Assembly (NCBI GenBank): GCA_020891255.1
Contig: BQFW01000008.1
Location: 2,232,001 to 2,296,000, forward strand
Direction of reading: 5' to 3'
Source of the DNA: Entomortierella parvispora E1425
Lineage: Eukaryota; Fungi; Mortierellomycota
DNA: 64,000 bases
Numbering within the stretch: position 1 is the first letter of the stretch; each line of letters begins with the position of its first letter. The position numbers and the translations under genes were made by a program. This document shows positions 1 to 15,325 of this stretch, piece by piece. The notes beneath the pieces are model-generated. The model made no database searches. It was not told the origin of the DNA and worked only from the letters and a program-made list of their open reading frames with translations.

Positions 1-3000
1 TTCTTGTCTGGCCCATCGGCCTTGGAACACAACTCGCTCGCCTTCTTGATCGTCTCGGGCAAGGACGACATCAAATCATTCTCCAACAGGAACCAGGCAC
101 TCATCACCCTCAAGTTCTCGGCCGCCACACACAACGCATTGCGCTTGTTGCTATTCTTGATCGAGGGGTCCGCGCCATAGAGCAACAACATTTGACACAG
201 ATCTGCGTCATCCATCCGCTCGAGGACCATGTGCAATGCCGTCGACTTTTTGTGGTCCTGTGCATTCACCTCCGCTCCCTTCTTGAGCAGTAACTCAACC
301 ACGGGTCCCATCGGCTCCTTGCAATGGTGGATGGCATAGTGTAAGGCCGTCCGTTGGTAATGCTGATCCGTAAGTTTGGCTACCAGGGCTCCATACTTGA
401 ACAAGACGCGCATCGTCTCCACCAAGACCTTGGTCGAGTTCAGATTCGAATTTGTGAACAGGACCATCAGTGGTGTGCGCTTCTTGCTATCACGCACGTT
501 GCAGTCCGCTCCAGACTTCACCAACATTGTCACAGCCTCCAATGGGTTGGGGTATTGCTCGCACACAAAGTGCAGGGCCGTCATGCCGTTTTGATCTGCG
601 CGATCCAAGGAAGCTCCGTATTGGATCAAGACCTTCATGGTCTCCATGGCATGGCGCGATCGAGCTGCGACCAAGAGCGCAGTCGGGTGAGGGAAGAATC
701 CGATGGATTGGTTCACCAGGTATGGGTGAACCTTCAAAAGTCTTTCAATCAACTCAACATCGCCCTGGGTGATGGCTGTGAAAAAATCGGATGATTCATC
801 TTGATCCAGCTCCTTGTAGGGATCTGCAAGACTGTAAAAGTTGTCAAATTGGAACCGAGGTTTCGTAGATGACGAAGAGGGTCCAGCTCCTGTTGCAGCA
901 GTGGCTTGGGCTGAGCCTGCAGAAGGTGCGGCTGTTCCATGAGGGGTGGTCGTCGTTGACGCTGTGGAAGGGGTCGTTGAGGGGGGTGGAGATCCTTCTT
1001 TGCCATGTCGCTGGTCTCGAGGATCCGAGGATCCATCTTCGGATGCAGCGTGACGTGATGAGGCTAGAGAACAATATGTATAAGTCAGTATCTCAATGAA
1101 CAACTCCAAATCATCATCAGAGAAGAACTCAAAACATGAAGCGCCGACTTACTGGATCCCTCGTAATCTTTTGAGCCATCTGGTGACTTGCTTGCGACTA
1201 ATGATAAATAATACGCAAAAGAACAAACTGTTAGCGCGACTTTCATATTTAAATGAGAAGGAGTCAATTTTAGACTGCATACCTTTGTGTTCCCGCGCCT
1301 TCTGAAGTCCCGCACGAATAGTGTCGACAACTGGGAAGTAACCTCCGGGGCCTCTGGCGGCTGCTGGCGCTGATGATGACGATGAAGACGTAGCAGATGA
1401 GGCACCCGCATTGTTGCCAGCGTTCACTAGCGCGGCAGCGACCTTTTGAGCTTCAATTTGCCGACTTGTCAAGGCAGAGTTGATTCCAGTCTGAATCTTT
1501 CCATCGAGTTGCCTCGATGTCTTGTGAGGAGCTGGTGCGGCAGCTGACGATGATGCCGAGGAAGGAGGCGCAGATGGAGACTCTGAGGGTCGTTTGAACA
1601 CATGTGGCTCTAAGGGACTCACAATAGGGAAGCCCATGGGAACTTGTCGAGCAGGGGTGGATCGAGTTTCTCCGGCGGCGGAGGATGGGGAGGACGATAG
1701 TGATGAGGAAGGGGCCTCGGATTCACCAGATCGCTTGTCCTGGATAACTTTTCCCTTGGGTGCTGAGGGATTGTAGGTTGTCGTGGGGACGTACTTGATG
1801 GGCGTGACAGGGTTCCTGGGTGCTTCTCCAGCAGCGACTTTGTTAAGACCTGCAACCCCGTTCAGACTTGGAGATGGAGGGGGTCCTGCTGGTGGTTTGG
1901 GAGATGGACCCAACAATGGTGAGCCTGAGGGCTTTGATGGTGGCCCAGGAGCCAAGCGTCCAGCCTGACCTGTAGGTGGCGAGATTGTCTTGGATGGTCG
2001 AGCAGATGAAGCTCCATTTGATCGCCCAGAGGATGGAGAGACAATCTTTGGGCGAGAAGGAGGAGAAATCACACGAGGAGAATTAACTTGACCTGGATAC
2101 GTGGGTGGTGGTGGTGGTGCTCCTGGTGGTGGTGGAGAGATGGTAGAGATGGTCTTGAGAGAAGCGAGATTCAACTTTTTGACAACGTTCACCATCGAGA
2201 TGCCGTTCGCCAGAGCCAAGGACGCTGTCTCTGGCAAGACACCGTTGGTTTGCTCTGCAGCAGTCGCAGGGACTGAGATATCTTTTGGGGGAGTTGTAAG
2301 TGCAAGTGCCTTGAATTGAGGAAGAGGGGGAAGTAACTGGTTGTCATCAGGGTTTCCAGATGATACGTCAGCCTCTGGAGTAGGCGACACTCGTGGGCTC
2401 GTCTTTTTGTCATTAGGCGAGTGCTCCACAAGTGGGTCGTTGCTGACGGTGGGGCTGTCTGGGAAAGGGATGGAGGCCACGGGTTTATTGGCCGCCTTGT
2501 CTCCATTTGCATGTCCTTGATCGACATTACCATTCCGTGCGCTCTTTTTGTCCTGGTCCGCTGCAGATGCTGTTCCATTGGCAGCCTTAGTTCCTTTGGC
2601 AGGTTGGTCCCCAATAAATGAAACTCGAACCCCGGATCGATCACGGATTGGGACTGAGGGAATACCCTGAACTGCCAGACCTACTAATGACTGACGTGCC
2701 ACTGGTCCCTTGGAAGGTGGAGAGGCAGGTCGCATATGTGTCGTGTTCTCGGGTGAAGACTGTAATGTCGTTTCGTTCTCATAAGGGAACGGAGTGCTAG
2801 GCGCCACCATTGAATCACTTGAAAGGGGTCGGGGAGGGCGAGGTGAGATTGGGCGATTTGCGGCTGGGCGAGGATTGAGCTGTTCTGCTGCCAACATCTC
2901 GACCAGCTCGGAGAGGACGATTTCCATGTTGGGTCTATTTTGCGGCAATCCATCCCAGCACCGCCTGTAGAGCATCTCGTATTCGATTGCGGTTCCAGAC

Positions 3001-4125
3001 ACAGTCTTTTCACGAACACCGGCAATGATGTTGACCGCCAGCATGACATCCTGTAATTGAGCCTCAAATGGAATCACACAACTTGATAACTCCCAAAAGA
3101 TAACGCCCAAACTGTAAATGTCGCATTTGGCGTTATAGGTGTAAGTAGGGTTCTGCATCCGCTCCGGCGCCACATATGGTACGACGCCAAAGAGTCCTGC
3201 CTTGGTGGTATAGATCGTCTTATTGACAGATTTGCTCAATCCGAAATCCGTGATCAGGGCCTTTCCACCAGTGTCAATCAAGATGTTGCGCGAGTGAAGA
3301 TCGGTATGGAAGATGTTTTCGCGATGAATGAAGTCGAGTCCACTGGCAACTTCCCAGGCGAGTCTGTACTTGGTCAGCCAAGTGATCGAGACATTGTGGT
3401 TCTCGAGATAATCCTGTAGACAACCGTTTTCTGCAAACTGCATGACAATGCAAGTGTCGTGCGTGAGAGGGTGTTTGGTGATGCCAAAGAATTTTACAAT
3501 GTAGTTGGAGTCGTGGACCTGCTTATGCATCTTGAGCTATAAGGGGGTTGAGAGGGGCGCATGTTAGAGTGGATGAAGGACCTTGGTTGAACCGAGCGCC
3601 TTTGCAAACTAGGTATCCCGGAAGGACGGCAATGGATTGGGCGTAACGCCAAAGATAGCTGCAACCAATGGATACAGGGACGGCGGGTCAAGCCTGGCGT
3701 TGGCGGGTTCTCGGTTGATTACTGCTCTTCCCAGACAGAGAGCGCCATCCTTGCATGCTCCTGTTCTCTTGGCTATCCTGGTTCCTCATGGTTATCCATT
3801 CTGAGATTATCCCCATAGGTTCATCCGAACAAAGGTCGAGCAAAAGAGTGAATAATATTAAAAAAAGGAGAGGGTTGTCAAGAGTGCTTACTTCTTTGAT
3901 GAGATCATTTGTGTTGTGTTGCTCCTTGATGGCGACGTGCATGTTACGCCAGGCACCGAGATGGATAGTACCGGAGCCACCCTTTGCGACATTGTATTTG
4001 ACCTTGCTGATCTCAGAGAATGGGATCATGCGGACATGTTTGTCCTTGACGGCATTCTTGAGCCATTCCTCAGCGCGCGAGTTCTTCTTGACCTGGGCGC
4101 TCTGTGTCCTGTCGGTGGCGACCAT
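1..4125 (-). CDS. Tyrosine-kinase-like (TKL) protein kinase with long Pro/Ser-rich linker and C-terminal ankyrin repeats; 3' end runs off the window
   Basis: Exon 4125-~3891 has KGGSGTIH...VAIK. Exon ~3536-1283 has HTDLHSRNIL, DFGLS, YVAPE, DIYSLG. A micro-exon lies at ~1198-1153. Exon ~1063-1 translates to ankyrin repeats (GMTALHFVC, QRTALHYAI, KSTALHMVL, GADPSIKN). GT..AG junctions seen. Confidence 0.88.
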
Positions 4126-6999
4126 GGGAGAAAGGAAGAACGGGGTGAGGGGGGGGGGGACTGTGGTTCCTCCTAGAGGTTGGGTATCGGTCTATGCTGC
4201 GGGTAGAACTCCTGTTTCAACAGGGGAAAGAGATGAAGGGAGCAAGACCAAGAATGCAGATGAGTGGAATGAACTGAATGAATGAAAATAGGAAGAGGGA
4301 GAGAGATGATCGGCTCTCTTTTTTTTTGTTCGTCCTCGAGAGTTGAAGCGAAGAGTGTTTGTGAGCACGGCTGCGATTTGTCGCAGAAATGAAAACCGGC
4401 GAGCAGCGCAGGAATAAGGGTGACCATGGAGGGGTTTTTTGAGCTGGGTGGGAAGGACTTTCAACGAAGGGTATGTACTGGAGACAGACATCAGGACAGA
4501 AGAGACGCCTGCCTAAAAATACTCGGGCGAACATAAAGCGCTCTCCTTGTCTCTTTCTGTCTTCGAGTAGATGGATGTGGTATCTCTTTTTCTTTCTCTC
4601 CTTCGCCGAAGTGCACTCTCACCTTGTCCCAGTTGGCTTGTGTGTTCAAAGATCAGTCGGTTCTGGGGTGTCTGTTGCTTTGTTTTGAAGTGGAAGAGGA
4701 AGAGGAAGAGGAGCAATAAAGGAGAACAAAGGAGATCCAAGTTGCGTCGGAGAGAGAGAACGCGTCGAGGGAAGGCTGCGCTCGGGAAGGGTCGTGAACA
4801 GAAGGATGAGGAGGAGGATTAGGATGATAGAGAAGAGGGAGATGAGTAGGGGACCAACGGACAGGGGAAGGGCGCAAGAGTGAGGAAGAAGAAGAAGAGA
4901 GAGAGAAACGAGAAAAGAAAAAGAGGGGAGCGAAGAGAAAGATGGGCCTGGTGGACAAACAAACAACTTCTCAATCAATCTTCCGATGGTAGACAGGCTG
5001 GGCTCTGCTCAGTCAGCTCTGCCCTGTCTTTCAGTCTTTCAGCTTGTGTGCCTGGCTCCATGTCTGCCTGTAAAGATATCTGTCGGTCTAGCAGCATGTC
5101 TACTCATTGCCAAGGCCTCTTTGTCTGTTCCCTGCTTCCATGTCGAGTCCTCTTCCCGCCCTTCTCCCTCTTCCCCTTCTCAATGTGTCTTTGAAGGCAA
5201 ATAATAAAAACGATGCGCCCGTTTCATTTCTCGATCCTTGCTCATCCACACCTGCCCCCCTCTTTTTTTATTTCCTTCGCTTCTTCAAACACGGACCTCA
5301 CTCTCTGTCTTCATTTCGACTCCTTGCCATTGCGTGGGAACCATTCAGAGAGAGCAAGAGACCCTGACCCGACTGGATCTGACCTGACCTGACCGGCGCA
5401 CAGTGGTTTTGATCCTGTTCGCCAGTCGGCCCCGTCCTCTCCGCTCACTCGCTACAATCGCCCCATCCAATTGCGACTTCTTGTGTGCAATGACCCTCTC
5501 CCCGCCACACGCTAGCATCAACCTATCCAACGAGGGGTAAGATCGAATCGAATTTGCGGGCACAGGGAACACACGGACTGCAGAACGAAACGCACGAGAA
5601 TCCCGCGAATGCGAAGTGTGGCGAGCAACATTTTGGATAAATGTTTTTCTTCAACTTGAGAGCCAGTGCAGCAGATTCAGTTCAGGGACAGAAAGACGAC
5701 AACAACGACGACAACAACAACATCAACAAGGATACAACACAACACAACACAACACAACACAACAGCAACAACAGCAAAAGATCGTCCGTTCACTATAATC
5801 CAGACAATGCCATAACGGCCAGAAGAGGTATACCTTTCTTTCCTCTGACCAGAGGACCTCCCAACATACTTCGCAATGAAAATGCAATGCCCCGAGAGTA
5901 TCATTTCAAAAATAAAAAGTACGGTATATATATATATTATTTTTTTTTGGCTCTTTGAACGTCCAGCTGTCCTCACCCGGGAGTGATTGTCCATCACGCA
6001 CAATTGTTACATGACAAAAAAATATCAATTGACTTGCCGACTTGCCAACTTGCAGCACATTTACGAAGAAAGTACATTCGTTATTGTACGATTGTGCAAC
6101 GTATGAAGGAAACCGAGCTGCCAATTACTCTAATTTTACTCGCGATCTGATATCGATTATCCCATTTGTGCCCTGCCCTGAATGGTGGGTACGGCATGGA
6201 TGCTCTCGTTCAGTCCCGATGCACAATGCATTACATCGATAAACCAAAGACACTACTGGAAGAGAGAGACAGACGCGTGAAGAGAGAAGTAGCAAAAGGG
6301 CAACAAAGCATGTTTTCGTGTCTGGCTCCCGTATTTGGGGAGGTAAGACCTTGGCCTCTCGCCTTTTGTTCCAGCTCTCGCACTGACACCCTCTCTCCCT
6401 TCTTTTCTAAAACACTTGTGCCTCGTCCGGCCTCTTGTCTACCTTAGCGAGGCATGATCTCTTTTGCTTTGTCAGGTATATATTGAGGCCGTAAACACGT
6501 TCTCGACTGTCAATATGGCTTTCTCGTTCTTGTCGTTATTTTTTTAAACGAAATTGCAGTTTGTGCAACAGTCGCACACAACACTATTTTTACCCCTGAA
6601 CAGCAACGAGCTCGCCGCCACATGGAAACACAGGATACGACCCTTTTTTCCGCCTTCGTATTCCTCCGTTCTTGTGGTCAACGGCCGAGACATCAACAGA
6701 ACTATCGACAGAACTATCAACAGCTACATTCCTGTCCCCCGAATCCTAGAAAAGCGAAATGCTCGAAACCACAGAAATCTTGGTCACAAAGATAATAAAA
6801 AAAATGCGCCAGGAGACATGTGGTTTTATTTCGCACAAAAGTGCACAGATCTTTCTTTAGAAACAGCCTGTGGATTAAGGAAGGAAGAATGGGCGCAAGC
6901 GGTGCTGAAATGGCCAAGAAAAAGAAATATACAAAAAGACAGTGAAAATGGTAGAAAATCAATGTGCATGCGGATAAACCTTGGAAGTAGCATGCACTT

Positions 7000-8428
<1,429 letters not shown>

Positions 8429-8745
8429 GTTTGTAGGTTGGATTTCGTGAAAAAAAACAATAAAAGAAAGGGAAATATGTACAAAAAGTAGTAAGGGAGG
8501 AGCAAAGATGATCAGGTATATGGACAGAAAAGGTCTCTCCTGGTCGCATGCGCTGAGGGTGGCCAGAGTCAGGGGATGAGGATTAGGATGGTGATGCAAA
8601 GTCCGCATTGGCTGCGAAAGGTTTGGTCACGTGATCTACATTCAAGAACAAAGCCACAGTCCCTGTCACCAGCCATGTCCCAGTACAGGCCATCTCTTAC
8701 ATCTCGCTTCATCACCCCACAAAGACTCGACCCCATAGTACCGCC

Positions 8746-9466
8746 ATGCTGCTCGACAACGACAAGGTACCAAGGATAACTGGAGATGCAGGAACCGACA
8801 GAGAAAGTCGGAGAAGCTACGGACATTTCTCGATGCTGTACCCGATGAAGAAAACTGATCAGGAAACCTTCTCTTCTCTCTCACAACTCGACCGTAGTTC
8901 CTCACAAAGACGGCCAAGGCCTTTGAGGATGCAAAGACATCCAAGACTGTATACCTCACCATGAAGAGACGTAAGGAGAGCCAGTTTGGAAGCATCAATG
9001 GACTCGCGCTTTTGTCCTTGTAGAACTGACCTTGTACTTTCCCTATCTCAATATTATCGACTACAGATAACTACTCAACGAAAAAGATCAGGGCCGCAGA
9101 GGAAGCAGCAGAGACAGCTTCAGGGGATGCTGTCATGGCTACGGATTCACAAGACAAAGAGTATCCAACTATGGTTCGCCTGTCTTCAGGCACAAAGACA
9201 AAAGTCAGCACGCTTGTAAGGCCCTAAGGAATAACTACAGTCAACATCAATGGCTGCTGAACATGCAGGACATTGAGAAAGAGGATGAGCTAGGAGGTAT
9301 ATTTTCTATTACTGAACTCAACTCTTATGATCGCTCATTGTAGGTGCAACCTCAGGATCTGGAGCGCTTCATGGTGCAATACACAAACATCATCAAGATC
9401 AACATGGACGCACTCAAGAAGAAGGAGAGGAAAAAGGCGGTCAAGGCCAAGAAAGCAACTGCTTAG
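8746..9466 (+). CDS. SRP14: Signal recognition particle 14 kDa subunit (4 exons)
   Basis: Spliced translation MLLDNDK|FLTKTAKAFEDAKTSKTVYLTMKR|...EYPTMVRLSSGTKTKVSTL|VQPQDLERFMVQYTNIIKINMDALKKKERKK...* matches the SRP14 pattern. Confidence 0.88.
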
Positions 9467-9560
9467 AATAAGAATCAATCACACAATAATATACCGAGAA
9501 TACGGACACCAAAACAACCGCGCCTCAAGGATGGATGGAGCAATTATATCGTTATTCTGT

Positions 9561-10302
9561 TCAAGCGCTTGAATCAAAGAGAGGCTTAAGGTCATATTCT
9601 CGCACCATCTTTGCCAAGGGAGAAAACAGGGGTCGATAAGGCCCCTTGTCATCAACCAATTGATCGTGAGTGATCCATTCCCATTTTTCACACTTCAAAG
9701 GCTCCATTATGCGGGCCTCGGCAATGCCAGGTGCATTGGCAGAGACAAAGACCGTGACATAGTGTCGATCGATGTCGGGCATGATGTTGTTGTTGGCTGT
9801 GACAAATTTAGCCGAGGAACGGTCCAACTCCAATCCAGTCTCTTCCAGGGATTCACCTGTTGAACGAAACGGGAATCAGCTTCTTTTTTTTCCCCTCGGA
9901 TCTTTTTTTTCTTAAATTCTACAGTCAGGTTTTCCATTGACACTTACGGAGAGCGCATTCATCAAACGATTCACCAAACTCGAGGTGGCCTAACAAATTT
10001 TGAGCCGACAGATGACAACATGTTTAGAGAGTCTGCAAGGTGGGTCGTGTATCATCTTGTAGGCGACATGCTGTAGATTAGGGCGTGTATACCTCCCGCC
10101 AACTGCCATGTATCTGTGTTGGTCGAGAAATGAAAAATGGGTTAAAAGTGTGTTCACTCGTCTCGAATGGTCAGGTCAACTCGTTTTGGCAATATATACC
10201 TGCTCCGTGGCTTCCGATCCTCCTGCCGACGAGGACCTTGTGCTGGCGCATAATAAGCACACCGACGCCCACTTGAACTGCCTTCTGCATTGCTGTCATC
10301 AT
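9561..10302 (-). CDS. Nudix hydrolase, NUDT15/MTH2-like (4 exons, two very short)
   Basis: Spliced translation VQVGVGVLIMRQHKVLVGRRIGSHGAG|TWQLAGG|HLEFGESFDECALR|ESLEETGLEL...HYVTVF...MEPLKCEKWEW contains the Nudix box. Confidence 0.88.
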
Positions 10303-10829
10303 GTATTAGAAATGTGAATGGTTGAATGGAGAGATGAATGTGAAAAAAAAGTGTGAGATCTCTCCGCTTTATTAACGAACAGTCAGAATGAATCACACTG
10401 CTGTGGGGGTCGTTCTGGGTCCGGCAGACTCAGGCCGCACTATAGGCTTGCTGCTCTCCTGAGAAATTTTCTAGAATAAAACATCAGTCAGGCTCTACCG
10501 ACTGCCGCTGTGGTGAACTGTGGGCACACTTCGGGGGCTGGCACAAGAGTCAGGTTTTTTTTATTTTAAAAATGCGACTCCTCTCTAACCGGGTGGCCAC
10601 TGGGAACTAGGAGGCAGATTCTTTCTTAGAGAGCGATTTTATTTTCTGGAGGCGAAAGGAGGACTATACTCTAGGGAGCGTCCCGGCGATACCTGCACAA
10701 ACCATATGTGCTTTTAAAAACAGGCTGTGTCTTTCTAGAGAGAAGATTCAGGGCGTGCCAGCGAGTTTGGACTGCCATCCAGATCTGGGACGACCCCCTG
10801 TGACAAGTTTTTTTTTGGGCGTAACCTTT

Positions 10830-12283
10830 TTAAAAAGCATCGTTAAAGTTTCCGTCGTCATGCCCGGTCCATGGTGGGGGGCTCCTGGCGTCTGCGCCGT
10901 AGATTAGTTGTACTATAGAGCAACAGAGTACATTCCGGGGAAGCGTCAGCATTTGAAAAATAATATGCGCAAAAAAAAAAAAAAAAAAAAAAAGAGTGCG
11001 GAGTTGTTGTGGATCAATGTAGATTCTCCTTCATCCACAAACAACAAGCATCACTTACAGGCAAAGTTAAGAGCGTAGAGGATAAAGAGTCCCAAAGTGA
11101 GCAAGGTCGGGATCAGCCTCGCGTAGTAATCGACATCCTGTCGTTTGGTTACCATATATAAATGGCGTTTGTGATAGAGCGTCGTAGCGTACACTAGTGT
11201 CAGTAACGCCAGCAACAAGGCTCCACATCCAACGTAGGCTGCCACGCCAATGCCAAAACTAAGCAGCAGGACTGCAATGGATCCCTGAAGGACTCCAAAT
11301 CGGATCCAGTGGAGGTACAAGCGCTCATTCGAGAATTGAGCTAGACGACCCATTCGGAACATCTCGATCTCACGGTAGGTCAGGAACCGAGGAGTCCCGT
11401 CGCTGTTCCTTTTCCGGAAGAAGTTCTTGTATTTTCGAGGACGAGGCTTGGTGACAACAGCAGTTTTTTGGTATGACGATGTTTGGTATGACGATGTTTG
11501 TTTCCTGGATGAGGAAGTAGAGGGTCTTCTGGAGGTGGTGGTGGAGTTCAGAGAAGTCGTGGTGTCCACGGTTTTCATGATGGGGGAAGAAAACATGGCA
11601 CTGTGGTGGCGAAGTGTTGTTGAGGTTGAAGCTGTAGGGGACAGTGGAGATGGAGGTCCTGGTGGTCCTAGTCGTTGCCCTGTTGGAGACTTCGCTGGTC
11701 GTTCAAAAGTCCTTGAAGAGTAGTTTTCTTTACCACTGAAGTAGCTCTGGTCCTTGAATGGGTTGCTGTTGCCTCCATTACCAGTAGGACTGGAAGTAGA
11801 AAACATCATAGACGAGCCTCTGGACGGCAACTGTGGATATGGTGGGTACTGGTCAAAGTCTAAAGGGTTGTGGCTGTGAAAAGTTTTTCTTTGTCCTGTG
11901 GACAGTGCAGAGGAAGCGCGAGGGTTGTTGTGGGAAGATGGAGGAAGGGGTGGAAGGATGTATTGTTGTAGAGGTGAGTGCCGTTCAGAAATGGGTACGC
12001 GTTGTGAGGTGCTGAAAAGGCCCGTGGATTCGATGGGCGGTAAAGAAGGTGCTTTTGAGAATGACGACGAAGTGGAGGTTGCAGGGGGAGCTGGGGAAAG
12101 TGAAGGATCAAAGAAGTCCACTTGTTCGAGATCGGACCTTCTCTTCCAGTCGTGTCTGGTCTGCTGTTGCTGATGGTTACGGGACTGTTGTCTTCCCTTT
12201 GCGTTGTTATCGCCCGAGTTCAGTTCCACGTCCACCAACGCGGTGAATGAGGACGATGATGAGGGTGGTGCTTGAAAGACCAT
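10830..12283 (-). CDS. DUF202 / VTC1-like membrane protein with long low-complexity N-terminus
   Basis: FSNERLYLHWIRFG motif followed by three hydrophobic segments. A GTAAGT donor near 11058 leads to a short last exon ending TAA at 10832-10830. Confidence 0.72.
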
Positions 12284-13478
12284 CTCTTACACGGCCGAGA
12301 GAGAGAGGAAAAAAGATGAAGGGAGCTAAAGAGAGACCGAGGACGAGAAATGAGAGAAGAAAGAGAAGGAATGAGTTAGAACGATCAGAAACAAGAAAAG
12401 AAGCTGAAAATGAAAACGGTTTCTTGCGCGTAAAATAATAAAGTAGGTGAGGACAGGGCTGGGTTGACTCTCCCTTCTCGGCCAGTCCTTTTGGGGGTGT
12501 TAATCCTCGGTATATTGTTGCTGTTTGACATTGGCTCTTTCGTTTGTTGGTGGTACAGCGATGCTCCCGAGAGGACGGAATAGTCTCGAAAAGAAAAAAG
12601 AAGAATCATACATCTCCGTTCACAACTCTTTTGCCAGCCCAGAATAGATCTCCTCGCCTCAAGGTAGTCATCAACGAAGGAAAGCGCGCCTTTGGAGTTT
12701 TGTCGCCTGCGAGCAGAGACTGCAGCTGAAAATGACGATAGAGAGGTTGATTGTCGACTCTGGATGCATGAGCATGCTGCTCATTGGCAACAGATCATTA
12801 TAGGGTGTCCTGTGGCGCAAAGCAGGCAATTTATTTTTTTGGAGGGGACGTGCGCCCATTTTTTGTACCTGTGCCTGGATATTTCCCGGTAAATGATGCC
12901 TTGCGCGTTTCGGCTTAAAAATGACCAATAGTGGAAGAACAGGGGTGGAAGGAATGGAGGAATGAGTGAAGAAATGAGAGATCGAGGAAAGGACTGAGAG
13001 ATGCGAACAGGCTCTCCATCTCCCATCAATGGTATTTATCTTTTGAAAGAACATGTCAGGAACATGTTTGTAGCCTATTGCATAATCAATACATGAGAGA
13101 GACCTTTCGGAAGGACAAGAAATGGTTATTTCCAAGCGATGTTTATTGAATGTCTAGGGGATGAACTGATGAAGCTGAATGAAATGACAACTGGTTGAAG
13201 AAAAATAAAGTATCATCAAAGGATCGTTTGCAGGTTCGGAAGATCATCAGGAATCATCAAGTCATGAAAGAGTATACCCTCTCGAGAATAGAACGGGAAC
13301 AATAAGGGGACTACGGAGAAAAATGCAGAAATAACGAAAGGGTAATGAGTGGGGTGTGTGGAGCAAGGGAGGTATTAACGTGAACACTGATTCGAATCAC
13401 GAATCCAGTGCAGGTGGTGTTTTTGTACATGTCTATTTGTTGATGCTGAGGCCCTTCCAAGTGGCAGAGGTGATGACC

Positions 13479-15291
13479 TTAGTTGCGGTACTGGGGCAAC
13501 ATCTCATCTTCGCTGAAGCCAGCGGTAGGGAACTTGCGAGCAAAGGCTTCAACCTCCTTGCGGAGGGCCTGGATCTCGGGGATGTGGCTTCCATCAGCAA
13601 CATAGTCCTTGAAGTCTTTGACCTTCTTGCCACCAGCCTTGGAGTTAGCATCCTTGGCAATCTTGACAGCGCGATCAATGAATCCGGCAACCTGGGCAAA
13701 GTCCTTCTCGTCCAAACCGCGCGAGGTCATGGCAGGGGTTCCGACACGGATGCCTCCGGGAATCATAGCGGACTTGTCACCAGCAACAGTGTTCTTGTTT
13801 GAAGCAATGTTGACCAACTCCAAAACTCTCTCGACACGAGCACCGTCAATACCCTTAGAGCGAAGGTCGACCAAGATCAAGTGAGTATCGGTACCGCCGG
13901 AAGACATCTCGTAACCGAGCTTGGTGAAGGCATCAGCAAAGGCCTTGCTGTTAGCCAAGACCTGATGCTGGTACTCCTTGAAAGTCTCAGTCTTGGTCTG
14001 CTTCAAGGCAACAGCCAAAGCAGCGATAGTATGGTTGTGGGGACCACCCTGGTGGCCAGGGAAGACCGAGGCGTTGATGGGGTTCTCAAGATCGTACATG
14101 ATCTTGTTACCCTTCTTGTCAGTGCCACGAACACCCTTGCGGTAGAAGATCAAGGCGCCACGGGGACCACGGAGAGACTTGTGGGTAGTGGTGGTGACAA
14201 TGTCCGAGTAAGGGAAGGGCGAGCGAAGAACATCGGCGGCAACCAATCCAGAGATGTGAGCCATATCCGACATCAAGTAGGCACCACATCCGTCAGCGAT
14301 CTTACGCATACGAGCGTAATCAATCTCACGAGGGTAGGCCGAAGCACCGGCAATGATGATCTTGGGGCGGTAGAGCTTGGAGTTCTTCTCCAATGTGTCG
14401 TAATCAATCACTCCAGTCTTCTGGTCAATCTGGTAAGGGAAGGTCTCAAAGTAAGAAGACACCATGGAGATCTTCTTGGTGTCGGTCTGGTATCCGTGGG
14501 ACAAACTATTGAAAGAGCGAGATAACATTAGCCTCTGATTTGATGCAAACCATCAATTGAGCTATGTAAAGTTATGTAAAGCGGCACCTACTGTCCTCCG
14601 TGGGGGAGATCGAGACCCATGAGGCGCTCGTGAGGCTTCATCAAGGCACCGTAGACATAGAGGTTAGCAGGGGCACCGGACAAGGGCTGGACGTTAACAC
14701 CCCACTCGGCGGGGTCCAAGTTGAAAGCCTCAAGAGCACGCTTCTGGCAAAGACGCTCGGACATGTCGATCTGCTCGTTACCGCCATAGTATCTATAAAG
14801 ATCAACTTATCAGCATTTGTTCATTGTTCGCTCAACATCCTTCTTTTTTTCAGCTCGGCAAGCATACCTGGCACCGGGATAACCCTCCGAGTACTTGTTC
14901 TGGAGGATGGATCCAAGGGCGCCCATAACGGAGCGAGAGGTGAAGTTCTATGGACATCGATCAAAAGGCGGGGGAGGTGGTTTCAGCATATCTGATTAAT
15001 GAACCATGTTCAGCTGGCTGGCTGATCTCCGACCAATACCAATACATCCGCCTGGGCATGCACGTTTTCATGCGTCCGGTCCTTACCTCGGAGGCAATCA
15101 AGACGATCGACTCACGCTGTCTCCTCTTCTCACGCTCAATAATATCAAACATCTCGGGGTCTTGCTCCTTGAGGGAGCGGTTGAGGAGCTAAATGCAACG
15201 AGAAGATCAAAAAGGAAGAGTTAGCATCAGTGTCTTGGGAACACGCTCGTTGCTCTCTCTCACACACACATACATACACTCACACACACAT

Positions 15292-15325
<34 letters not shown>

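Noticed and set aside
4200-6950. Many short ORFs and CAA/ACAAC/GA microsatellites between the kinase and PP2A
   Set aside because: Low-complexity UTR/intergenic sequence; translations are compositionally biased with no motifs.
10440-10760. TTCTAGAA/TTCTAGAG motifs resembling heat-shock elements upstream of the Nudix gene
   Set aside because: Only one perfect TTCnnGAA unit and no three-unit array; no clear periodicity.
15014-15024. CAGCCAGCCAG shared between an SHMT intron and the MetH intron (50367-50377)
   Set aside because: It is a short (CAGC)n simple repeat, so chance co-occurrence is plausible.
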